A stretch of 32,000 nucleotides of DNA from Dickeya solani IPO 2222 (GCF_001644705.1 NZ_CP015137.1:1800001-1832000), one strand, 5' to 3'. Positions 16,661 to 28,121 are shown, numbered from the stretch's first letter. Made by a program: numbers and translations. Notes: generated from the sequence alone by a model not told the origin.

Positions 16661-17907
16661 GCTCGCCTGCAGTACAGAATGAAAACGCCGCAACACAGCA
16701 GAAAATAGACCGCATAGGTTGCCAGATACGCCTGCGACGCGCCCAGCGCGCCATGCAATGGAATCAACCAGCGGGAAAATCCGGTCAGCAGCAGAAACTG
16801 GCCGAGTTCAGCCAACAAATAGAAGCGCAGCGAGGCTCTGGCGACTACCAAATAACCAAAAACGTAAGCGCCTACTTTCAATACATCGCCTGCCAGTTGC
16901 CAGGCAAACAGGTCACGCATGGCCGAAAATGCGCTGGAAAACAGTAAGTGAATCGCCACATCGCGCAACAGCCAGATAGCCGCGCCCACCGTGGCAGCCA
17001 CCGGCAACACAAACCGCAACGCGCTGAGAATCTCCTGCCGGACCAAGCGTTTATCCTGCAGACGCGCCAACGCAGGCAGCAAATAAACCGTGAATGACGC
17101 GGTAATGAATTGCAGCCAGGCATCGGAAATGGTGGTGACCCCCTGCCACACCCCCACCTCTTGCCAGGTATAATGGGTCGCCAACAGGTTTCGCATCATC
17201 ACGTAACCCACCGGCAGCGTCACGGCGGTGATCAACGTCATCAGGCTGAAGCGGGTTAACTGACCGGCCAGTGGCCATGACCAATCAGGTGTAAGTGCTC
17301 GCAAACCTAATGGCGTTCGCCGAAAAAACAGTATCAGCGCCGGCACGCACACCAGCGCCGGCATCAGCGCCAATCCCACCAGCGCGCCGGTATACGCCCC
17401 AAGCCAAACGCTGGCGCCATACGCCACCGCCCCAACCAAGCTGCCGGCCATGACGGCCAGCGCGTTGCCCCGCGCATCCTGATAACCTTTCAGAATCGCC
17501 AGCAGCAGGCTGGCGCCCGCGATGCCCAGTTGCAGCCAGGCCAGCGCACGGATTGCCGGCTGGTAGGCGTCATCGCCAAACAGCAGACGCGACAGCGGCG
17601 CAGCCAGCAGCCACAGCGCCAGCGTCAGCAACAGCGAGCAGCCCATCGACAGCGATACCGCGGTCCCCAGCAACGGGCCGGAGCGGTTGGCATCGGGCGG
17701 GGCGGCGGCTACCGCGCGGGTCACGCCGTTGGCGATGCCCGCGCCGGCCATCACGCCCAGCACGGTGATCAACTGGCGGTAATTACCGGCCAGCCCAACG
17801 CCTTGCGGGCCGAACGTCACCGCCAGCAGTTTGATAACCGCCAGCCCCGCGCCGATTTTGACCAGCGTGGAGGCCGCCGTCCATAACGAGGCACGCGCCA
17901 GCGACAT
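16657..17907 (-). CDS. wzxE: ECA lipid III flippase
   Basis: 416 aa, the same length as E. coli WzxE. It starts [21 protein letters not shown] and shows strong identity near the C-terminus ([34 protein letters not shown]). Confidence 0.93.
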   Translation of the reverse strand: MSLARASLWTAASTLVKIGAGLAVIKLLAVTFGPQGVGLAGNYRQLITVLGVMAGAGIANGVTRAVAAAPPDANRSGPLLGTAVSLSMGCSLLLTLALWLLAAPLSRLLFGDDAYQPAIRALAWLQLGIAGASLLLAILKGYQDARGNALAVMAGSLVGAVAYGASVWLGAYTGALVGLALMPALVCVPALILFFRRTPLGLRALTPDWSWPLAGQLTRFSLMTLITAVTLPVGYVMMRNLLATHYTWQEVGVWQGVTTISDAWLQFITASFTVYLLPALARLQDKRLVRQEILSALRFVLPVAATVGAAIWLLRDVAIHLLFSSAFSAMRDLFAWQLAGDVLKVGAYVFGYLVVARASLRFYLLAELGQFLLLTGFSRWLIPLHGALGASQAYLATYAVYFLLCCGVFILYCRRA

Positions 17908-19037
17908 CAGGAAAAGAAACTCAGCGCCGAATTGATGACGGTACGCTGGTCAAGATCAGACAGGTTGTAGAACAACGGTAGGCGCACCAACCGCTCGCTT
18001 TCCCGCGTGGTGTGACGGTCTTCGCCGACAAAACGGCCAAATTGCCGGCCGGCCGGACTGGAATGCAAAGGAATATAGTGGAACACCGTCAGGATCTCCG
18101 CTTCTTTCATATGGCGGATGAACGCTGAACGCTCCGCCTCATCCCGCAGTCGCAGAAAAAACAGGTGGCCGTTGTGACGGCAGTCCGCCGGGATCACCGG
18201 CAACGTCGCCCGGCCTGCCGCCGCCAGCGGTGCGAACGCGCGCGCATAGTGTTGCCATAACGTCAGGCGCCGCTCATGAATGCGCTGCGCCGCTTCCAGT
18301 TGCCCCCACAGGTAAGCGGCCTGAATATCCGCCATCAGATAACTGGAGCCGATATCGCGCCAGGTGTACTTATCCGCCTGTCCACGAAAGAACTGGCTAC
18401 GGTTGGTGCCTTTCTCACGGATAATCTCGGCCCGCGCCACCAGTTCAGGGTCGTTGATCAGCGTAGCGCCGCCTTCACCACCCGCGGTGTAATTCTTGGT
18501 TTCGTGGAAACTGAAACAACCGATATGACCGATGGCGCCCAGCGGCCGCTCCTGATAGCGCGACATCATCCCCTGCGCCGCATCTTCCACCACAAACAGC
18601 CCATACTGCCGCGCCAGCGCCATGACGGCATTCATGTCGCAGCCCACCCCGGCGTAATGCACCACCACAATGGCGCGAGTCTTGTTGGTAATCGCAGCTT
18701 CGATGCGGTTTTCGTCAAGATTGAGGGTATCCGGCCGGATGTCGACAAACACGATGGTGGCGCCACGCAGCACAAAGGCGTTGGCGGTGGAGACAAAGGT
18801 GTAACTCGGCATGATGACTTCGTCGCCGGGTTGGATGTTTAGCAACAACGCCGCCATTTCCAGCGACGCGGTGCAGGAAGGCGTCAGCAATACGTTGCAA
18901 CTGCCAGAATAATGTTCCAGCCACTGCTGACAGCGGCGGGTAAACGCGCCATCGCCGCTGAGCTTGCCGCTGCGCATCGCAGCCTGCATATATTCCAGCT
19001 CTGATCCCACCACCGGTGGCGAGTTAAAAGGAATCAT
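17907..19037 (-). CDS. wecE: dTDP-4-amino-4,6-dideoxygalactose transaminase
   Basis: 376 aa and near-collinear with remembered E. coli WecE/RffA (MIPFN.PPVVG.EL.YMQ.AM.SGKL.GDG.FTRRCQQWLE; GCFSFHETKNYTAGGEGGATLIND; REKGTNRSQFFRGQ.DKYTWRDIGSSYLM). Confidence 0.95.
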   Translation of the reverse strand: MIPFNSPPVVGSELEYMQAAMRSGKLSGDGAFTRRCQQWLEHYSGSCNVLLTPSCTASLEMAALLLNIQPGDEVIMPSYTFVSTANAFVLRGATIVFVDIRPDTLNLDENRIEAAITNKTRAIVVVHYAGVGCDMNAVMALARQYGLFVVEDAAQGMMSRYQERPLGAIGHIGCFSFHETKNYTAGGEGGATLINDPELVARAEIIREKGTNRSQFFRGQADKYTWRDIGSSYLMADIQAAYLWGQLEAAQRIHERRLTLWQHYARAFAPLAAAGRATLPVIPADCRHNGHLFFLRLRDEAERSAFIRHMKEAEILTVFHYIPLHSSPAGRQFGRFVGEDRHTTRESERLVRLPLFYNLSDLDQRTVINSALSFFS

Positions 19038-19040
19038 GTC

Positions 19041-19115
19041 GTCACCTGCAGAACCATCATCGGTAGGGCCATTATCGATAGGGCAAATATCGATAGAATC
19101 ATTATCGATAAAACC
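19041..19115. repeat. 15-bp tandem array (4 clear units plus 1 degenerate) derived from the wecD stop-codon region; fills the wecD-wecE spacer
   Basis: Plus-strand units are atcatcggtagggcc (19056), attatcgatagggca (19071), aatatcgatagaatc (19086) and attatcgataaaacc (19101; contains the last wecD codons and TAA). A weaker unit is gtcacctgcagaacc (19041). The core is the palindrome TATCGATA. Confidence 0.85.
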
Positions 19116-19818
19116 AGTAGGCCGTGCTTTCCACCCGTGCGCCGCTGCGCAGGTAGAGGCGTAATGCCGCCAGATTGCTGGTCTGGGTCGCGACCAGCAG
19201 CCGGCGAATGCCGCGCTGCTGACACCAGACCCGCGCCACCTGCATCAACCGCTGACCAATCCCTTGCCCGGTCATGCCCGGCCAGGCGGACAACACGCCG
19301 ATACGCGCGGTGCTGGGCGACGTCTGGCGCAACGTCACGAACCCCTGCAACGGCAGGCCCTGACCGCCCATCACCAGACAGGCGTCGTCAAAAGTCCCAT
19401 ACACCGCTTTTTCCACCCAGCGCGCATAAAAACGGCCGCAATCGTCCGGACGATACCACGGCGCCCGGAATCGGCTCAGCACAAAACTTTTTGTCGCCGC
19501 CGCGCACAGCGCCGAAATATCGCCCGCCTCCGCCTCCCGCACGCCAACGGCGAACATAGCCCGGGCGACAGGAACAACCGGCATACTGAAATCCACCTCG
19601 CCTTCCGCCAGCCGAAACCCCAGCGCCGACAACGCATCCGCCGTCGCCAGATCGCTGGCTACCAGCTTGGCCTGGCATAACTCATAGCGATCCAGATCGG
19701 CGATGGTTAACGGCGGTGCCGTATCCTGGAAACTCAACCGCCCACTAATACGCTGAAAAAAATCGCTTTCCCAGACCAGAGGTTCAATCTCAGCACAAAT
19801 TTCAGCACGAACAGGCAT
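19102..19818 (-). CDS. wecD: dTDP-fucosamine acetyltransferase (GNAT)
   Basis: The 238 aa protein matches remembered E. coli WecD/RffC (MPVRA.IEPL.WE..FF; LGF.L.EGEVD; SRFRAPWY.PD..GRFYA.W.E.AV.GTFD; ESTAYW.YR at the C-terminus). Confidence 0.92.
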   Translation of the reverse strand: MPVRAEICAEIEPLVWESDFFQRISGRLSFQDTAPPLTIADLDRYELCQAKLVASDLATADALSALGFRLAEGEVDFSMPVVPVARAMFAVGVREAEAGDISALCAAATKSFVLSRFRAPWYRPDDCGRFYARWVEKAVYGTFDDACLVMGGQGLPLQGFVTLRQTSPSTARIGVLSAWPGMTGQGIGQRLMQVARVWCQQRGIRRLLVATQTSNLAALRLYLRSGARVESTAYWFYR

Positions 19819-19865
19819 AGGTCACTCCGGTTAACGCAGAATCCACAGCCACCACCACGCCGCCT

Positions 19866-21131
19866 TCACCGCCAGACGCCTTTGGTGTCCACCACCCAAC
19901 GTTGCGCCACCTGTTCAGGGGCTATTGCCCTGAACTGCCGGTGATCCACCAGCAAAACCAGGACATCCGCTTCACTCAGCGCGCGATCAATATCCACCTG
20001 CACAACCTTTCCCTGCAAGCCGGGCGGTAACTGCCGAATATGGGGCTCGACCACCCAGGTCGTCCCGGCATGCCATTCGGCGACCTGTTCGGCGATCGCC
20101 AGCGCCGGACTCTCACGAAGGTCTTCCACATCGGGCTTGAACGTCAGCCCCAGACAGGCAATGCGCAGATCGCAGGCCCGCGTGTTTCCCTGCGCTAGCG
20201 CATCCGCCACCCTGATTTTCACCTGCTCCACCACCCAGCGAGGCTTGGCGTCATTCACTTCGCGAGCGGTGCGAATCAGACGCGCCTGTTGCGGGTGCTG
20301 CGATACGATAAACCAGGGGTCGACCGCGATGCAGTGACCGCCCACGCCCGGCCCCGGTTGTAAAATATTGACGCGTGGATGGCGATTAGCCAGGCGAATC
20401 AGCGCCCACACATCGATTTGCTGTTCGGCGCAAATCAGCGACAGCTCATTGGCGAACGCGATATTTACATCCCTGAAGCTATTTTCCGTCAGTTTGCACA
20501 TCTCAGCGGTTCGCGAGTCCGTCATCGCACACTCGCCATCAAGCAGAAACAGGCGATACAACTCGCTGGCCCGCGCCGAACAACGCGGCGTCATGCCGCC
20601 AATAACCCGATCCTGGCTGAGCAGTTCTTCCATGATGCGGCCGGGCAACACCCGTTCCGGACAATAGGCAATGCGGATATCCGACGCCTCGCCGGTCTGT
20701 TGGGGGAAACGCAGATCCGGCCGCGCCTGCGCCAGCCAGTCCGCCATCTGCTCGGTGGTGCCGACCGGCGACGTCGACTCCAGAATCACCAGATCCCCCG
20801 GTTTCAGCACCGGCGCCAGCGACAAGACCGCAGCTTCCACAAACGAGACATCAGGCTGATGGTCCGCTGTTAACGGGGTCGGCACCGCGATGAGAAAGAC
20901 CTCCGCCGACACCGGATGGCTGCCGGCCTGTAAATATCCTTGCGCCACCGCCTCCTGCACCGCCTGCGCCAGGCCCGGTTCCGCAATATGAGTATGGCCC
21001 CGGTTGATGCTATCCACCACATGCGGGTTCACATCCACACCAAAAACAGACTGTTGCCGCGAGGCCAATAGCGTAGCGGTCGGCAGGCCGATATACCCCA
21101 GGCCCAGCACACAGATACGATTAAAACTCAT
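19866..21131 (-). CDS. wecC: UDP-N-acetyl-D-mannosamine dehydrogenase
   Basis: The 421 aa protein has the N-terminal Rossmann motif ([10 protein letters not shown]) and is collinear with remembered E. coli WecC. Its ATG overlaps the wecB stop. Confidence 0.95.
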   Translation of the reverse strand: MSFNRICVLGLGYIGLPTATLLASRQQSVFGVDVNPHVVDSINRGHTHIAEPGLAQAVQEAVAQGYLQAGSHPVSAEVFLIAVPTPLTADHQPDVSFVEAAVLSLAPVLKPGDLVILESTSPVGTTEQMADWLAQARPDLRFPQQTGEASDIRIAYCPERVLPGRIMEELLSQDRVIGGMTPRCSARASELYRLFLLDGECAMTDSRTAEMCKLTENSFRDVNIAFANELSLICAEQQIDVWALIRLANRHPRVNILQPGPGVGGHCIAVDPWFIVSQHPQQARLIRTAREVNDAKPRWVVEQVKIRVADALAQGNTRACDLRIACLGLTFKPDVEDLRESPALAIAEQVAEWHAGTTWVVEPHIRQLPPGLQGKVVQVDIDRALSEADVLVLLVDHRQFRAIAPEQVAQRWVVDTKGVWR

Positions 21132-22258
21132 GTTGCCACCCGGTGTTGTTTCAAAACGGAGAGAATTCGCTGGCTGGCCAAACCGTCGCCATAAGGGTTA
21201 TGCGCATAGCTCATCGCCTGATAAACGGACGCATCCGCCAGCAGTTGGGAAACCTCGCGGATAATCGTCTCGGTATCGGTGCCCACCAGTCGCACGGTGC
21301 CGGCGGCCAGCGCTTCCGGCCTTTCGGTCGTTTCCCGCATCACCAGCACCGGTTTTCCGAGCGAAGGCGCTTCTTCCTGAATCCCTCCCGAGTCCGTCAG
21401 GATCAGCCAGGCGCGATTCATCAGGTAGACGAAAGGCAAATAGTCCTGCGGCGCGATCAGAAACACGTTATCGATGCCGCTGAGAATACGTTGAACCGGC
21501 TCCAGTACGTTGGGGTTGCGGTGTACCGGATAAACGATCTGAATATCCGGATGATGGCGGGCGAGCGCCGCCAGCGCGTGACAAATTCGCTCCATCCCTT
21601 CGCCAAAGCTTTCCCGCCGATGGCTGGTGACCAGAATCATTTTTCGCTCCGGCTCCAGAAAAGCGTACTTTTCCTGCAACTGGTCACGCAATACCGCATC
21701 GCGGGCGATCAGATCCCGCACCCAGAATAAGGCGTCAATCACCGAATTGCCCGTCACCCAGATACGGGACGGCGGAACCTGCTCCCGGCGCAGATTCTGC
21801 CGCGCGGTGATCGTCGGTGCAAAGTGATAGGTCGCCAGACGGCCGGTCAGCAGACGATTAGCCTCTTCCGGCCACGGAGACGTCAGATTACCGGTGCGTA
21901 GGCCGGCTTCGATATGCGCGAGCGGAATACGATGGTAGAACGCCGCCAGGCTGGTCATCAGGGTGGTGGTGGTATCGCCGTGCACCAGCATCAGGTCAGG
22001 CTGGAACCGGGTCAGCACCGGCCCCAGTCCAGAGAGGATACGGGCGGAAATCTCCACCAACCCCTGATCCGGTTGCATAACATTGAGGTCGTAGTCCGGC
22101 ACAATCTCAAACAGGCGCAGTACCTGATCAAGCATGTCACGGTGCTGCGCCGTCACACAGACTTTGGATTCAAAGAAAGCATCCTGAGCCATCGCCCGTA
22201 TCACCGGTGCCATTTTTATCGCTTCAGGGCGAGTGCCAAAAACCGTTAAGACTTTCAC
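21128..22258 (-). CDS. wecB: UDP-N-acetylglucosamine 2-epimerase
   Basis: The 376 aa protein begins [18 protein letters not shown] ... [27 protein letters not shown], as in E. coli WecB. Confidence 0.96.
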   Translation of the reverse strand: MKVLTVFGTRPEAIKMAPVIRAMAQDAFFESKVCVTAQHRDMLDQVLRLFEIVPDYDLNVMQPDQGLVEISARILSGLGPVLTRFQPDLMLVHGDTTTTLMTSLAAFYHRIPLAHIEAGLRTGNLTSPWPEEANRLLTGRLATYHFAPTITARQNLRREQVPPSRIWVTGNSVIDALFWVRDLIARDAVLRDQLQEKYAFLEPERKMILVTSHRRESFGEGMERICHALAALARHHPDIQIVYPVHRNPNVLEPVQRILSGIDNVFLIAPQDYLPFVYLMNRAWLILTDSGGIQEEAPSLGKPVLVMRETTERPEALAAGTVRLVGTDTETIIREVSQLLADASVYQAMSYAHNPYGDGLASQRILSVLKQHRVAT

Positions 22259-22339
22259 TGATGACTCTCTTTATTCCGGTTTGCCGCCACGGTAACCCAT
22301 TCATTCATATCAATACAGTCTATGCCAATCATCCACCAC

Positions 22340-23374
22340 TTAGCGGGAACGCCGCGCCAGCGCCAGCCCAGCACCGACCAACAGGCCGATGCTGCCCCAC
22401 ATCAGCAGCAGAAAAGCGCGGCGCGGGCTGTCGCGCTGAACCGGCTCTTCCGGCGTATGCAGATAGCGGTAAGTCTGAAACCGGTCCGCCAGCGCAGGCC
22501 CGTTTTCAAGCATCGCCAGCGCCGCACGTCGCGGCTCGTAATCGGCGTCGAACGTCGGCCCGCTGGCCTTCAGCATCTCCAGACTCGCCTGCAATTGCGC
22601 GGTGCCCTGTAAAAACCACTCCGAATCGGGCAGCGGCAGCGACGCCTCGTTTTTCGGCTGTACGATCCCTTGCTGGCGCGCGATAACCAGCGCCTGCGTC
22701 ACACGCTGTATCGTCTGGTCATAGACAGCTCGCGCCGCCGTATCCTCGCGTTGCAGCCAGGCGCGCTCAAACCGGATGCGCGCCGCCCAACGTCCGGCCA
22801 GACTCTGATTCAGATGATTGACGGCCCGCTGGTTGGCGAACTGCACATATTGCCGCAACAGATTGCTGGCGTCTTGCGCGTTATCAGCGCCCAATTTGAG
22901 GGTATCGTTGGTTTTTTTAGCATCATCGCGCGGCATAAACTGAACATCGCTGATCAGCGCATCCAGCAGAACGGCATCCGCCTTGTCGTCGCCTTTCTGA
23001 CGCGCGCGGTAATAAGGGGACTGCAGCCAGAATTCGCGCCGGGTATCGTAGGCGGCGGCCTGCATCGTAAATTCAGTATAGGCATCCGCCATGATGGCGT
23101 TGCCGTCCGGTATCGCCGCCGCCGGCGCATCCAGCGAACGCAGCCACTGCTGCTGGTCGAAGAACGCCGACAACATGGCGGCCGTTGGTTTATCGGTCAC
23201 CGCGGTGGTACGCCATACCGGCTGCGCCAGCCAGGAATACATCAGCGCCAGCAGCGCAAACAGCGCCGCCGAGCCGGCAATCCAGATCTTACCTTGCCAC
23301 AGCGCCCGGCAGAACTGGCGAATATCCAGTTCATTATCCGACGGCGTCGGCTGAGGAGAGGTTTCCCGTTTCAT
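22340..23374 (-). CDS. wzzE: ECA polysaccharide chain-length modulator
   Basis: 344 aa with conserved blocks NELDIR, DTRREFWLQ, NLLRQYV.FA.QRA, FQTYRYL.TPEEPV.RDSPRRAF and two terminal transmembrane segments. GGGAG lies 6 nt upstream of the ATG. Confidence 0.92.
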   Translation of the reverse strand: MKRETSPQPTPSDNELDIRQFCRALWQGKIWIAGSAALFALLALMYSWLAQPVWRTTAVTDKPTAAMLSAFFDQQQWLRSLDAPAAAIPDGNAIMADAYTEFTMQAAAYDTRREFWLQSPYYRARQKGDDKADAVLLDALISDVQFMPRDDAKKTNDTLKLGADNAQDASNLLRQYVQFANQRAVNHLNQSLAGRWAARIRFERAWLQREDTAARAVYDQTIQRVTQALVIARQQGIVQPKNEASLPLPDSEWFLQGTAQLQASLEMLKASGPTFDADYEPRRAALAMLENGPALADRFQTYRYLHTPEEPVQRDSPRRAFLLLMWGSIGLLVGAGLALARRSR

Positions 23375-23385
23375 TGCGCTCCCTG

Positions 23386-23433
23386 ATTCGGTTTATTCGC
23401 CATTCGGTTTACTCAGAATTCGGTTTACTCACA
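23386..23433. repeat. 16-bp tandem array (3 units) covering the wecA stop codon and the wecA-wzzE spacer
   Basis: The plus strand reads attcggtttattcgcc / attcggtttactcaga / attcggtttactcaca. On the mRNA the order is TGTGAGTAAACCGAAT, TCTGAGTAAACCGAAT, GGCGAATAAACCGAAT. Units 2 and 3 are 15/16 identical. The first mRNA unit contains the wecA codons Cys-Glu-stop. Confidence 0.9.
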
Positions 23434-24501
23434 ATAACGACGGCTTCGCCAATAACGCTGAATACGCCGGACAACGCGCGCCACCCGCCACGCCCGCTTG
23501 ATGCAGTAGCCATAACCGCCGAACGCCAGCAAAAACAGCGCCAGCATCACGTACTCGGGCACAGCCAGAAATTCGCCGGCTATCCCCACCGCCGCCAGCA
23601 GCACGGCGGCCAGTGTAATCAGCATACAAGCCTGGCGGGAAGTCAGCCCCGCCCGCATGAGCAGATGGTGGATATGCTGGCGATCCGGCGAGAACAGGCC
23701 GGTGCCTTTATGCAGCCGACGATAGACGATCGCCACCATATCCATCAGCGGAATAGCGATAACCCACAGCGCCGTCACCGGCCTGATGGCATTGTCCGGG
23801 CCCTGAGAGCTCTGCAACAGCAGCCAGATTGCAGTAAAGCCGATCATGGTGCTGCCCGCATCCCCCATGAACACTTTATAACGTCGGCCCATGAGCTCAA
23901 GATTCAACAAAATGTACGGCAAGATGGCGGCAATCATGGCAAAACTCCACAACGCCAGCGCAAGACTACCGTGGTGATACAGCAGGATGCCCAATCCGGC
24001 GAACAACACGCAGGACAACCCGCCCAGCAAACCATCAATGCCGTCCACCATGTTAAAGGCATTGATAGCCGCCCACACCACAAACAGCGTCATGAGATAA
24101 CGCACCGGCCCCAGCCCGATATCCCAGAGCGGCCCCAGGACATACCCCAAACGCTGTAGCATGAGGCCGGCCAGCGCCATCATCAGCATAGCCACGGCCG
24201 CCTGCACCGCCGCCCGCACGCCAATGCTGATATCAAAGCGATCATCCAGCGCGCCGATCAGCACCAGCATACCCGCACACATCAGGTAGATCGGGAAATG
24301 GGGAATCGGTTCGGAAAGGAGAACAGGCAGCAGGCAGACGCCAATATAGACAGAGATACCGCCAACCAGCGGTACCGCGCCATGATGACGTTTGCGATAG
24401 TTTGGCCGATCAACCAGACCGGTTTTTCTCGCCACGTTGCGAGCCAGCAACAGAGAAAAGAAAGAGCACAAAAATACGGCGACTAATTGAGCACTCATCA
24501 T
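23425..24501 (-). CDS. wecA: UDP-GlcNAc:undecaprenyl-phosphate GlcNAc-1-phosphate transferase
   Basis: The 358 aa protein has conserved blocks GLVD.PN.RKRH.G..PLVGGISVY, GALDDRFDIS, WAAINAFNMVDGIDGLLGGLSCV, RRYKVFMGDAGST.IGFT and SPDRQHIHHL.MRAG.TSRQA. Confidence 0.95.
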   Translation of the reverse strand: MMSAQLVAVFLCSFFSLLLARNVARKTGLVDRPNYRKRHHGAVPLVGGISVYIGVCLLPVLLSEPIPHFPIYLMCAGMLVLIGALDDRFDISIGVRAAVQAAVAMLMMALAGLMLQRLGYVLGPLWDIGLGPVRYLMTLFVVWAAINAFNMVDGIDGLLGGLSCVLFAGLGILLYHHGSLALALWSFAMIAAILPYILLNLELMGRRYKVFMGDAGSTMIGFTAIWLLLQSSQGPDNAIRPVTALWVIAIPLMDMVAIVYRRLHKGTGLFSPDRQHIHHLLMRAGLTSRQACMLITLAAVLLAAVGIAGEFLAVPEYVMLALFLLAFGGYGYCIKRAWRVARVVRRIQRYWRSRRYCE

Positions 24502-24654
24502 GATTCATTCACGCTTAGCAGTGCCTGAGAATACTACCGGGAATCACGCCAGCCGGTGTTAATTTACCAAATTTTTCAGAAAGTTCCTGCGCGTTCGGGT
24601 AACAAAACGTGATGTTGTCCGGCTCCCGGCATCACCGAAGGATACGCCACACAA

Positions 24655-24692
24655 AACAGAAACAAAAAACGCCACGATGTCGTGGCGTTTTC
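24655..24692 (-). terminator. Rho-independent terminator downstream of rho
   Basis: The minus strand reads AAAACGCCACG-ACAT-CGTGGCGTTTT followed by TTGTTTCTGTTTT. It begins about 18 nt after the rho stop. Confidence 0.85.
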
Positions 24693-24709
24693 TTTAGAAA
24701 CTCAACCGG

Positions 24710-25969
<1,260 letters not shown>

Positions 25970-26388
25970 AATGGTGGGTTCTTAAACTCGGGGTAAATCT
26001 CGAACTATTAACGTGAATGGTATGGCAGGAACATCCATGCCGCTTAACAGCCTTCAATCACCAGACATCCGTGTTGCTCAGGCTGAATCGCGCTGACTCT
26101 ACTCATACACACGGCAAGAGATCGAAGACACCTTAAAACTAATTAATGTAAAACTATCAGATTGCCGGCCCGGAGACATACTAACGTGCTGTAAAGTAAT
26201 GATTTCCGACCCTGACACGGGATAAAGCTTTAGATTCTAACTTCAGGCTCAAGCCTAAGGGCTCAAACTATAAGGTAAGTACGATATGCAGTATTGACGA
26301 ATCTAGCACGCTTCCCGGTGGGCGTCCAGCGGTCAGAATGAGAAAATCTCATCGTCCGCTGTCGCCCGGGAAAAGAGTGTGTAACGGA
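25970..26388 (-). promoter_or_regulatory. rho promoter and long leader region (expected site of Rho autoregulatory attenuation)
   Basis: This is 419 bp of non-coding sequence between the trxA stop and the rho ATG. E. coli has a long attenuated leader (rhoL) in the same place. I could not recognise a conserved RhoL peptide, a confident -35/-10 pair or a trxA terminator here. Confidence 0.45.
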
Positions 26389-26715
26389 TTACAGATTGGC
26401 GTTCAGGAACTCTTTCAACTGGCCTTTGGACAGTGCGCCCACTTTAGTGGCGGCGACTTCGCCATTCTTGAACAGCAGCAGAGTCGGAATACCGCGGATG
26501 CCGTACTTCGGCGCTGTAGCCGGGTTTTCATCAATGTTGAGCTTGGCGACCGTCAGTTTACCGTCGAACTCATCGGCGATCTCATCCAGAATCGGAGCAA
26601 TCATTTTACAGGGACCACACCAGTCAGCCCAGAAATCAACCAGTGTCACATGTTCAGACTGCAATACGTTCGTCTCGAAACTGTCGTCTGTCAGATGAAT
26701 AATTTTATCGCTCAT
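26389..26715 (-). CDS. trxA: Thioredoxin 1
   Basis: 108 aa with [13 protein letters not shown] ... [22 protein letters not shown] ... [36 protein letters not shown]. The WCGPC active site is present. Confidence 0.98.
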   Translation of the reverse strand: MSDKIIHLTDDSFETNVLQSEHVTLVDFWADWCGPCKMIAPILDEIADEFDGKLTVAKLNIDENPATAPKYGIRGIPTLLLFKNGEVAATKVGALSKGQLKEFLNANL

Positions 26716-26834
26716 TTTTTACTCCGCAGGATTATCTCTACCCAGTTGGTGTAGCATTAACCAACTATTAGGTTGACTTTATTTCACTGGATACGCTTTC
26801 GTAAAGCAATAGTTAACTGATATTCTACCACGCT

Positions 26835-28121
26835 ATGAGCAAAACACACTTAACCGAACAGAAGTTTTCCGACTTCGCACTGCATCCGCAGGTTATTGAA
26901 GCTCTTGAAAATAAAGGCTTTCATAACTGTACGCCCATTCAGGCGCTGGCGTTGCCGCTGACGCTGTCAGGGCGTGACGTAGCGGGCCAAGCGCAAACAG
27001 GAACAGGCAAGACGCTAGCGTTTCTGGCGTCTACATTTCATTATTTGTTGACCCACCCCGCTTCCGCCGAACGTCAGACCAACCAACCCCGGGCCTTGAT
27101 CATGGCGCCGACCCGTGAACTGGCGGTGCAGATCCATACCGATGCCGAAGCACTGGCGAAGGCGACCGGTCTGCGGTTGGGGCTGGCTTACGGTGGCGAC
27201 GGCTACGACAAACAGCTAAAAGTGCTGGAAGACGGCGTCGATATTCTGATCGGCACCACCGGTCGTTTAATCGATTACACCAAGCAGAACCACGTTAATA
27301 TGGGCGCCATTCAGGTCGTGGTGCTGGATGAGGCCGATCGCATGTACGATCTCGGCTTTATCAAGGACATCCGCTGGCTGTTCCGCCGTATGCCGTCAGC
27401 CAATCAGCGTCTGAACATGCTGTTCTCCGCCACCTTATCCTACCGCGTGCGTGAATTGGCGTTCGAACAGATGAACAACGCCGAATACGTCGAAGTGGAA
27501 CCGGAGCAGAAAACCGGTCACCGCATCAAGGAAGAGCTGTTCTACCCTTCCAATGTAGAGAAGATGCGTCTGCTGCAAACGCTTATCGAGGAAGAGTGGC
27601 CGGATCGCTGCATCATCTTCGCCAACACCAAGCACCGCTGTGAAGATATCTGGGGTCATCTGGCCGCCGATGGTCACCGCGTCGGCCTGCTGACCGGCGA
27701 CGTGGCGCAGAAAAAGCGGTTGCGCATTCTGGAAGACTTCACCCAGGGCGACCTGGATATTCTGGTGGCGACCGACGTGGCGGCGCGTGGTCTACATATT
27801 CCGGCCGTGACCCACGTATTCAACTACGACCTGCCCGACGATTGCGAAGATTACGTACACCGTATCGGCCGTACCGGTCGCGCTGGCGCCAGCGGCTGCT
27901 CCATCAGTCTGGCCTGTGAAGAGTACGCGCTGAATTTGCCAGCCATTGAAGATTACATCGGCCATCGTATTCCGGTGAGCAAATACAACAGTGAAGCCTT
28001 GCTGACCGAACTGCCGGAGCCGAAGCGGCTAAGTCGTCCGCGTTCTGCCGGCGGCCCGCGTCGTCCAGGCGCACCTCGCCGCAGCGGCGCACCTCGTAAC
28101 AACCGTAAACGACCGGGTTGA
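26835..28121 (+). CDS. rhlB: ATP-dependent RNA helicase RhlB (DEAD-box, degradosome component)
   Basis: 428 aa starting [56 protein letters not shown]. It has the DEAD box (LDEADRM), SAT, the [10 protein letters not shown] motif and an Arg-rich tail. It is divergent from trxA, as in E. coli. Confidence 0.97.
   Translation: MSKTHLTEQKFSDFALHPQVIEALENKGFHNCTPIQALALPLTLSGRDVAGQAQTGTGKTLAFLASTFHYLLTHPASAERQTNQPRALIMAPTRELAVQIHTDAEALAKATGLRLGLAYGGDGYDKQLKVLEDGVDILIGTTGRLIDYTKQNHVNMGAIQVVVLDEADRMYDLGFIKDIRWLFRRMPSANQRLNMLFSATLSYRVRELAFEQMNNAEYVEVEPEQKTGHRIKEELFYPSNVEKMRLLQTLIEEEWPDRCIIFANTKHRCEDIWGHLAADGHRVGLLTGDVAQKKRLRILEDFTQGDLDILVATDVAARGLHIPAVTHVFNYDLPDDCEDYVHRIGRTGRAGASGCSISLACEEYALNLPAIEDYIGHRIPVSKYNSEALLTELPEPKRLSRPRSAGGPRRPGAPRRSGAPRNNRKRPG

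Noticed and set aside
19034-19225. A 63-aa minus-strand ORF reading through the 15-bp repeats (MILSIFALSIMALPMMV).
   Set aside because: It overlaps the 3' part of wecD in another frame and is produced by the periodicity of the repeat array. It has no independent start signals.
19041-23433. Whether the 15-bp and 16-bp arrays could be a degenerate CRISPR or other spacer-containing array.
   Set aside because: The units are directly abutting with no spacers. There are only 3-5 copies, the unit lengths are well below CRISPR repeat size, and no cas genes are present.
24531-24543. An ops/JUMPStart-like element (CCCGGTAGTATT on the mRNA strand) in the wecA leader, which would imply RfaH control of the ECA operon.
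   Set aside because: It matches only about 7 of 10 defined positions of GGCGGTAGnnTG, and the first two G's are missing. RfaH control of wec is not established. The match is too weak to call.
25970-26388. A rhoL-like leader peptide upstream of rho. Small minus-strand ORFs such as MSRVSAIQPEQHGCLVIEGC and MDVPAIPFTLIVRDLPRV are present.
   Set aside because: Neither resembles the E. coli RhoL peptide as I recall it, and neither has a convincing Shine-Dalgarno sequence. I annotated only the leader region as a whole.
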